Positions 56,771-64,000 of a DNA stretch of 64,000 nucleotides are shown here, piece by piece. Location of the stretch: IMG/VR virus record IMGVR_UViG_3300044844_000928; one strand, 5' to 3'. Source of the stretch: a virus. A model generated the notes under the pieces. It saw nothing but the letters and a program-made list of their open reading frames with translations. It was not told the origin of the DNA and ran no database searches. The translations under genes and the position numbers were made by a program. Numbering within the stretch: position 1 is the first letter of the stretch; every line of letters starts with the position of its first letter.

Positions 56771-57829
56771 ATGCCGAATATGTCAACGATAAAACGCTAC
56801 AAGGATATCGACCTCAACTTCATGCCTAACCCTTCAGCATTTGAACGCATTTCAGGTAAAGGATATCTTAATTACAACTCTGGTTCGCCAATTGTGGTTG
56901 GGTTTGATACACAATTCACCCGTTACCTTTCTGTAGACGATAATCTTTATGTATCTAATTCATTCATAGGTAAAATTAAATCTATAGAATCTGACTCATT
57001 TTTAACGCTATATGAAAACGCTTTACTTTCGATAATGACGGATTTGTATGATGAAACATACTTACAGGTGACAGAGTCAACAGTATCCAACGGCACATTT
57101 ACATTCAATAAGGATGGAACAGAATACTTTTTTAATGTGTCTAACCTATCAAACAATCAGATAGAGTCAAATTTGATTCGTTTTGATGTTGATACAAATT
57201 ACCCTGATACAGAAAATTATCCTGTCAAATATAGAATTTTAGGGTTAGATTCTTTTGACGTTGTTGGCGAATATCCTAGAAATTCTGATAATACATTTAA
57301 CATTTCGGATTACCTTAGCGGGACTTTAGCATTTTATGAAAAGGCTCAAGATGTTTACACGGCATATGTTCAAATAAGAACTGTGACCGATAACGTTCTT
57401 GAAAACATAGAACATGCGATATTCGTATTGGAACTTGCTGATTCAACTAATCATATTACAGTGTCAGATGCTAATTTTACATTTTCGCATCCTGGTGATA
57501 TTACCTTTAAGATTGATGCAAACGCGGTTAAAACTTCTATTGAGCATCTTGTCAGAACAATGAATTATGAACGCCCGTTTAATTCAAATCTAGGCTCGCA
57601 AATCACCAGCCTTTTATTTGAATCTTCTTCTCCGGTTTACGCTGAAATTATTAAACGTACAATTAGAGAGGTGGTATCAGCATATGAGCCTAGAGCTACC
57701 TTAACAAATGTTGATGTTGTTATTAGTCCAGAATCTAATAAAAATTTGGCAAATATTAGTATTGAATTTTACATAACAGAATCTAATTTGCCATACACGC
57801 TTAACCTAACACTGGAACGTACACGATAA
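56771..57829 (+). CDS. gp25: Baseplate wedge gp25 with large insertion
   Basis: YKDIDLNF.PNP ... AVKTSIEHLVRT..YERPF..LGS....LFE, YEPR, LERTR. Confidence 0.85.
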   Translation: MPNMSTIKRYKDIDLNFMPNPSAFERISGKGYLNYNSGSPIVVGFDTQFTRYLSVDDNLYVSNSFIGKIKSIESDSFLTLYENALLSIMTDLYDETYLQVTESTVSNGTFTFNKDGTEYFFNVSNLSNNQIESNLIRFDVDTNYPDTENYPVKYRILGLDSFDVVGEYPRNSDNTFNISDYLSGTLAFYEKAQDVYTAYVQIRTVTDNVLENIEHAIFVLELADSTNHITVSDANFTFSHPGDITFKIDANAVKTSIEHLVRTMNYERPFNSNLGSQITSLLFESSSPVYAEIIKRTIREVVSAYEPRATLTNVDVVISPESNKNLANISIEFYITESNLPYTLNLTLERTR

Positions 57830-59643
57830 TGAATAAACAAATAAATGTTTCTGAACTTGACTTTGATAACATAAAAAATAATCTAAAAAACTTTCTAAAG
57901 GGTCAATCAACTTTATCTGATTATGATTTTGAGGGTTCTGGTTTATCTATCTTAGTTGATTTGCTTGCATACAATACGCATTACAATTCACTGTATACCA
58001 ATATGGCTCTTAACGAATCTTTTTTAGATACAGCATCTAAAAGGGAAAGTGTTGTTTCTTTGGCAACTATGCTAGGTTACTTACCGCGCTCGGCAAAATG
58101 CGCAACTGCTACTGTCGATTTGATTATCTCTAACCCTACGTTAACGCCGGCTTCAGCTATTTTGCCGAAATATTCTGCGTTCTCATGTACGGCTAATGGA
58201 AAATCTTACTTTTTCTATAACACAGAAGATATCCCTGTTGTGCCTGTTAATGGGATATATAGAGCAAATGCTATAGAGATTAAAGAAGGGATACCAAATT
58301 ATGAAACGTACACCGTTTCTGACACAACCAAATATATTATCTCAAACAAAAATGTTGATGTTGATACAGTAAAGGTAATTGTAAAAGAATCAAGTTCTTC
58401 TACCGCTGTAACTACATACACATTAGCAAGCGATATTCTTAATGTGAAATCAACAGATACCGTGTTTTTTCTTAAAGAAATTTACGACAATAATTTTGAA
58501 GTGTCATTCGGAAACGACAAATTAGGTAAAGCGCTAACAAACGGAAATATTGTAACAATTGAATACTTTATAACCAATAGAGCAGACGCTAACGATATTC
58601 GCCAGTTTGCGTTAACCAGAAGCATTGTTGAATTAGGTGGTTCTTCTTTTGTTATTACGGTATTACCTTCTTCTGGTGGCGATGAACCAGAAACAGCATC
58701 TGAAATTAGATTTAATGCCCCAAAACTATTAAATTCACATAATAGGGCGGTGACTGCTAATGATTACCTTTCTGTCATAAAGGCTAATTATACAAACATA
58801 GATACAATTAATGTGTGGGGCGGTGAGGATAACATTCCACCGGTTTACGGTAAAGTGTTTATGTGCATCAAACCAAAATATTCTAGCAAACTATCTGTAT
58901 CTGAAAAAGAATTAATTAAAATAGATTTGCTTAAAAACAGAAATGTGATAGGAGTAACGCCTGAATTTGTAGATCCTAATTATATCAATCTACAGGTTAA
59001 TATTGTTGCTCATTATGATAAGGCGGCTACGACTAGAACCAAAAATGATTTAATATCTGCTATTGATGTTGTTGTTAGAGATTATAATGAAACAAGCCTT
59101 AAAAAGTTTGATTCAGTTTTCAGGTATTCTAAATTTTTAAAATTGATTGATGGTGTTGATTCAGCTATACTTTCAAACATCACTAATATTTTGATTCGTA
59201 GACCAGTTAACATTTACTTCAATACAAAAACACCATATACAATTGATTTGCATAATCCTATATATGCGGCTGGTGTGCCTGAGGAAGCGGTTACTACGAC
59301 TGGGTTCTACGTGACAGGCGATGCGTCAACCATATTTTACATGGAAGACGATGGACTCGGGAACCTTATAAAATATACATTAGATACAGAGTATAATAAA
59401 ATTTATTCTGTTGGAACATTTGGAACTGTAAATTATGAAGAAGGCACTATTAATTTGACTGAAGTTTCAATTTCAAGACTGGCAAATACAAAATTTGAAT
59501 TTTTTATTAAGCCGGCTTCTAACGATATTATTTCAAGACAACATAACATAGTACAATTAGACACAAATAATATCATTATTGATGCTGTTGTTGATTCAAC
59601 TGCATTTGGTGGTTCTAGTTATGTATTTACAAAGAGTAGATAA
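57829..59643 (+). CDS. gp6: Baseplate wedge gp6
   Basis: ELDFD.IK, DYDFEGS, LAYNTHY, RAVTANDY, WGGED..P.YGKV. Confidence 0.95.
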   Translation: MNKQINVSELDFDNIKNNLKNFLKGQSTLSDYDFEGSGLSILVDLLAYNTHYNSLYTNMALNESFLDTASKRESVVSLATMLGYLPRSAKCATATVDLIISNPTLTPASAILPKYSAFSCTANGKSYFFYNTEDIPVVPVNGIYRANAIEIKEGIPNYETYTVSDTTKYIISNKNVDVDTVKVIVKESSSSTAVTTYTLASDILNVKSTDTVFFLKEIYDNNFEVSFGNDKLGKALTNGNIVTIEYFITNRADANDIRQFALTRSIVELGGSSFVITVLPSSGGDEPETASEIRFNAPKLLNSHNRAVTANDYLSVIKANYTNIDTINVWGGEDNIPPVYGKVFMCIKPKYSSKLSVSEKELIKIDLLKNRNVIGVTPEFVDPNYINLQVNIVAHYDKAATTRTKNDLISAIDVVVRDYNETSLKKFDSVFRYSKFLKLIDGVDSAILSNITNILIRRPVNIYFNTKTPYTIDLHNPIYAAGVPEEAVTTTGFYVTGDASTIFYMEDDGLGNLIKYTLDTEYNKIYSVGTFGTVNYEEGTINLTEVSISRLANTKFEFFIKPASNDIISRQHNIVQLDTNNIIIDAVVDSTAFGGSSYVFTKSR

Positions 59644-59645
59644 TT

Positions 59646-61799
59646 ATGGATAAAACTAAACTATCCTCGATAATATCGTCACAGTTTCCTGAATTTACCA
59701 TACCAAAATATGGCAATTTCATAAAATTTTTAGAACTGTATTATTCGTATATTGAACAAACAGATTTTAGGGCGTTTGGTAACTTAAAATCTTTAGATGA
59801 CAATTTAGATGTATTTGTGGAACATATCAAATCTGAATTAGGTATTTCAGACATACCATCTGTACATGGTACAGATGAAAGGTTACTTTTAAAGCATATT
59901 AAAGATTTTTACTCAGCTAAAGGCTCAGAAGAATCATTGAGAATTTTATTTAGACATCTGTTCGGTAAAGAGATTGATATATTTTACCCAAAAGATTTTA
60001 TTCTGAAAGCATCTGATGGCAGATGGAAACAAGAAATATCCGTTCTTGTTTCAGTTAGTTCTAATGACAAAGGGATATCAACTTCTTGGTTAAACGATAA
60101 AACATATCAAAATCAAACCGGTTCTATTTCTACATCTAAAAGTAGTACGATTGTAACAGGTTATAATACACAATTTACACATTTGCAAAAAGGTTCTATT
60201 TTACATAAAACTGATACAAATATTATTATTGGAACAATATATTCTATTCAATCTGACACAATTTTAACGTTAGTTGATCATGCTTATATTGATGCCATTT
60301 CTGCTATACAATTTAAAACTTCTGTTGCAGACGCATATTCGTTAACTGGCAAATATGTTAATATACAATCAACATATAAAACAATTGAAGTTTATGTTAG
60401 CAGAGTTAGAGCGGTAAATAACGGTCAATATGAAATCTTTATGGAAGGATTTTATCATAATGATTTGGAGCTATATAATGAAATTTTGTTTGAAGATGTA
60501 TTATGTGTTATACAGCCATCTGTTGCTAAACTTAGGGTTGAAAAGAAAGGCGCTAAATTCAAACTTGGTCAGATATTTGATTTAGACGCAGGTGGTAGCG
60601 GGGCAAAATGTAAAATTGTCGACATAGATGCAGACGGCGGTATCAAATCTATACAATTAATTTTTTTCGGGTCTGGGTATGAACAAAACTCTTATTTCAA
60701 TTTAGTATCTGGATTCAATAAATCTGAAACGTTTGACCCATCAAAATTATATGATTACACAACTGGGTTCGTTGAAGACGGGGTAATAACATATCAAGAT
60801 TATTTTGTTGAGTATGCACCTATAGATTATTCCGGTGAAGTTTTACGGGCATTTCATTCAGATTACACTGTTCCTCCTGGATATTATGTAACAGATGATA
60901 ATACCGCTATTATTGAAATTGAAATGGGAATTATCCGCAAATATCCTGGATCGTTTACAGCCAGCAACGGGTTTGCGTCTGATGCATTTGTTTTACAGGA
61001 TAATTATTATTATCAAATTTATTCTTATGCGATTAAAGTGTCAGAAGATATTCAGTTGTATAAAGATATTGTTAAACATGTGGTGAACCCAGCCGGCTAT
61101 TTAATGTTTGGTGAATACACCTTAAATAATGATATTGATATGTCAATATCTCTTGAGCAGATAGGCTATTTCTTTAAAAAATTATTCAAAGAAATTTTAC
61201 TTTTTACTGATGATCATTCTACATTAATTGAAAAGCCATTTGCTGATAGTGTTGGTAAAAGTGATTCTAGAACGAAATTATTTGGTAAGGCATTAGCAGA
61301 TTCCATAACAAATGCTGATAGTAGCACAAAATTGTTTAACAAAGGGTTAACCGATTATGTGACGCAATCTGAAAATAGAACGAAATTATTTGGTAAGGCA
61401 TTAGCAGATTCTATAACTGCGCCAGATTCTAGAACGAAATTATTTGGTAAGGCATTAGCAGATTCTATAACTGCGCCAGATTCTAGAACGAAATTATTTG
61501 GTAAGGCATTAGCAGATTCCATAACAAATGCTGATAGTAGCACAAAATTGTTTAACAAAGGGTTATCGGAAACGATTACTTATACTGAAACAAAAACGAC
61601 TGCGTTCTCTAAACAATTAGCAGATGCAATTACGCCATCTCAAACTTTCTCTAAATTATTAAGTAAAAGATTCAGTGATTCTACTTATGGCACTACAGAT
61701 ACTGGATCTTTAATTTTAACTAAAATAGCGCTTTCATATTTTCTTGAAGATTATAATTCTCAAGCATATGCAGAAGGCACATATACAACAAACTTTTAA
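59646..61799 (+). CDS. gp7: Baseplate wedge initiator gp7-like
   Basis: FY.AKGSEES..ILFR.LFG, LKASDGRW, QDNYYYQ.YSY, NPAG...FG; 6-7-8 synteny. Confidence 0.8.
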   Translation: MDKTKLSSIISSQFPEFTIPKYGNFIKFLELYYSYIEQTDFRAFGNLKSLDDNLDVFVEHIKSELGISDIPSVHGTDERLLLKHIKDFYSAKGSEESLRILFRHLFGKEIDIFYPKDFILKASDGRWKQEISVLVSVSSNDKGISTSWLNDKTYQNQTGSISTSKSSTIVTGYNTQFTHLQKGSILHKTDTNIIIGTIYSIQSDTILTLVDHAYIDAISAIQFKTSVADAYSLTGKYVNIQSTYKTIEVYVSRVRAVNNGQYEIFMEGFYHNDLELYNEILFEDVLCVIQPSVAKLRVEKKGAKFKLGQIFDLDAGGSGAKCKIVDIDADGGIKSIQLIFFGSGYEQNSYFNLVSGFNKSETFDPSKLYDYTTGFVEDGVITYQDYFVEYAPIDYSGEVLRAFHSDYTVPPGYYVTDDNTAIIEIEMGIIRKYPGSFTASNGFASDAFVLQDNYYYQIYSYAIKVSEDIQLYKDIVKHVVNPAGYLMFGEYTLNNDIDMSISLEQIGYFFKKLFKEILLFTDDHSTLIEKPFADSVGKSDSRTKLFGKALADSITNADSSTKLFNKGLTDYVTQSENRTKLFGKALADSITAPDSRTKLFGKALADSITAPDSRTKLFGKALADSITNADSSTKLFNKGLSETITYTETKTTAFSKQLADAITPSQTFSKLLSKRFSDSTYGTTDTGSLILTKIALSYFLEDYNSQAYAEGTYTTNF
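61262..61566 (+). repeat. 54-bp-period tandem repeat (DSRTKLFGKALADSITAP-type)
   Basis: About six 18-aa units of two subtypes, plus degenerate flanking units. Confidence 0.92.
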
Positions 61800-61808
61800 G
61801 GAATAAAA

Positions 61809-62255
61809 ATGATTTTAAATTCACAATCTGGAGTTACCGGCGTTGTTTCTATTGTAAAAACTAATAGCAATAATGAAGTTACAGACAAAGTTGTATCAAA
61901 CTTAGTTGTTACAACCGGCAAAACTATTATTGCCACATTGTTATCTGGTGGTACTGGTGCTATGACTCATATGGCTGTTGGTTCTGGGGCAGTTCCTGCC
62001 GCATCCGGTGATGTTGCATTAGGAGCACAAATTTCTACTCGTAAAGCATTAACATCAACAACTGCTTCTACAAATACAGTTACTTATGTTGCTACATTTG
62101 CGCCAACTGAAAGTACAGGAACATTGACTGAAGCAGGTTTATTCAATAGTGCAACGGGCGTTTTAACTAATATGTTGGCTAGAACTGTATTCCCTACTAT
62201 CACAAAAGAAGCTGGCGATACCATCACAATTACATGGGTAATCACAATTTCTTAA
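61809..62255 (+). CDS. Small baseplate/tail-associated structural protein
   Basis: NLVVTTG, THMAVGSG, LTEAGLF, ITW; paralog of the next gene. Confidence 0.65.
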   Translation: MILNSQSGVTGVVSIVKTNSNNEVTDKVVSNLVVTTGKTIIATLLSGGTGAMTHMAVGSGAVPAASGDVALGAQISTRKALTSTTASTNTVTYVATFAPTESTGTLTEAGLFNSATGVLTNMLARTVFPTITKEAGDTITITWVITIS

Positions 62256-62267
62256 TAAGGAAAATTT

Positions 62268-62717
62268 ATGTTTGGTAAAGAAATGTTAAAAATCACCGGT
62301 AAATTGACCATTGAAAAATTCGATTTGAATGGTATATTATTAGAAACTATTGAAATACCAAACATGATTGTTGATGCCGGTAAAAATCATATTTTGTTAA
62401 GGCTATTATCAGGGACGACAGAAACTCCCATGTCACACATGGGAGTTGGCAGTGGGGATTCGCGCGTATTAGTTAATGATACCGCGTTAACAACACCAAT
62501 CGGAACAAGAGTTAATTTATTAACACCAACAGTAAATGGCAACACCATAAGTTATGTTGGGACATTTTTAGCTGGAAATGCAACTGGTTCTATTAGTGAA
62601 GCCGGTATTTTTAATGCGCTAACCGGTGGTAAGATGCTATGCAAAACTGTATTTCCAACAATAACAAAAATAGCATCACAATCCATAATTATTTCATGGG
62701 TAATCACACTTTCTTAG
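62268..62717 (+). CDS. Small baseplate/tail-associated structural protein (paralog)
   Basis: NMIVDAG, SHMGVGSG, ISEAGIF, ISW. Confidence 0.65.
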   Translation: MFGKEMLKITGKLTIEKFDLNGILLETIEIPNMIVDAGKNHILLRLLSGTTETPMSHMGVGSGDSRVLVNDTALTTPIGTRVNLLTPTVNGNTISYVGTFLAGNATGSISEAGIFNALTGGKMLCKTVFPTITKIASQSIIISWVITLS

Positions 62718-62724
62718 GATTTTT

Positions 62725-64000
62725 ATGAGTTCAATTATTAGCCAAGGGTTTCATATCGCATTAGCTGATTCGACTTTTCGTGACATCAAAAGTAACACTG
62801 TAAAATTTTATTACTATCTTGGTAAAAGTTTACCCTATAATGTTACAGATGAACCGGAAACCCCTACAAAAACTTTCGTTTATGAACAACAAACTAAACG
62901 AGATGCAGTTTTTGTCAAGCGCGTATCTGTGAACGATATTTCTTTCGTTATTCCAAGAATCAATTGGGTTAGCGGTACAGTTTATGATGATTATGATGAT
63001 TTATATTCAACCACAAACTTGGCTAATTCTGGAGCTTCTTCACTTGAATCTGCTAAGTTTTATGTTGTGACATCATCTAATAAAGTCTATAAATGTTTAA
63101 ACAACAATAATGGTCAACCATCTACTGTTCAACCGTCTAATACAGACGTATTGCCGTTTAAAGAAGTTGACGGGTATATTTGGAAATTTATGTATGCAAT
63201 ACCTATTATTTTCCAGCGTAAATTTATGACACCGACGTTTGTTCCAGTGTCAAACTCTATGTCAACGAGATACTATAACAACGGCGGTATTGATAATGTT
63301 GTAATTTTAGATGGTGGATCTGGTTATCACCCTACAACCACAACAATTACAACTATTTCTCAAACAGGTGTTGGTGCACATATAACTCCTGATATTGATA
63401 ATATAACAGGACAAATAACTGGCGTGATTATTGACAATCACGGAGAAGGGTATCTTGATGTCCAATATCAAGTCACAGATGGTAATGCAACTCCAGGAAC
63501 GGGCGCTAAATTAACATCATCAACAGATTACGGTTCAGTAACAACGCAACAATCTAATGTTGAATTATCGGCTATAAATGGGTCAATTGAACGAATTAAG
63601 GTAACATTTGGTGGATACGATTATAATGTATTAACAACACAAATTATAATCAATGGTGATGGACAAGGATGTACTGCAATTCCTGTATTTAATTTATCTA
63701 ATCAAATTCAAAGTATCACTATTACAAATCCAGGATATGATTATACTTATGCAACTGTAACTATAACTGATTCTACAGGACATAATGCAACAGCTCGTGC
63801 TATTATTTCTCCATATGGTGGACATGGAAAAAATGCAATAAAAGAATTATTTGGAAATCGCATTATGTTTTCAACATCTATTCATAATGATAATATTAAC
63901 GGTTTTGTTATTGATAATGATTATAGACAGTTTGGATTAATTAGAAATCCAAACGGCGCCGATTCTTTACCATATACTGGAATTATAGGTTCTAGCTGTT
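62725..64000 (+). CDS. gp8: Baseplate wedge gp8 (partial, runs off the window)
   Basis: Not in the track. VIPRINWVSGTVYDDY, FYVV...VYKCLNN, DGYIWKFMY, ISPYGGHG, DYRQFGLI. Confidence 0.88.
   Translation, partial: MSSIISQGFHIALADSTFRDIKSNTVKFYYYLGKSLPYNVTDEPETPTKTFVYEQQTKRDAVFVKRVSVNDISFVIPRINWVSGTVYDDYDDLYSTTNLANSGASSLESAKFYVVTSSNKVYKCLNNNNGQPSTVQPSNTDVLPFKEVDGYIWKFMYAIPIIFQRKFMTPTFVPVSNSMSTRYYNNGGIDNVVILDGGSGYHPTTTTITTISQTGVGAHITPDIDNITGQITGVIIDNHGEGYLDVQYQVTDGNATPGTGAKLTSSTDYGSVTTQQSNVELSAINGSIERIKVTFGGYDYNVLTTQIIINGDGQGCTAIPVFNLSNQIQSITITNPGYDYTYATVTITDSTGHNATARAIISPYGGHGKNAIKELFGNRIMFSTSIHNDNINGFVIDNDYRQFGLIRNPNGADSLPYTGIIGSSC

Noticed and set aside
1-64000. tRNA or rRNA genes
   Set aside because: No cloverleaf or rRNA-like segment recognised by eye in the intergenic gaps; a tRNAscan run would be needed to be sure.

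Overview
AT-rich segment (roughly one-third GC by eye) of a large T4-like myophage, probably with a Gram-negative host (sigma70-type TTTACT-N16/17-TATAAT early promoters, TAAATA late promoters, IHF-like sites). In order, it holds: a fractured terminase gp17 (atypical split intein with a free-standing endonuclease between the halves); early hypothetical genes; uvsX-gp40-gp41 (gp41 carries a mini-intein); a six-gene DNA hypermodification cluster; a late block of putative virion-packaged enzymes; primase, thyX, nrdB/nrdA; gp33-gp59-gp32; and baseplate/head genes (gp29-like, 51, 26, 16, 54, 2, 4, 48, 53, 27-like, split gp5, 25, 6, 7, 8). The leading candidate for a new system is the cluster at 10305-16481. 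It encodes a TET/JBP dioxygenase, an aGPT-Pplase/AADT-type DNA transferase, a myo-inositol-1-phosphate synthase homolog, a T4 BGT-like glycosyltransferase, a HAD phosphatase and a 5hmU-kinase-type P-loop kinase. Together these suggest a cyclitol (inositol)-modified, possibly glycosylated, pyrimidine in phage DNA. All protein calls come from motif recognition by eye; no searches were run.
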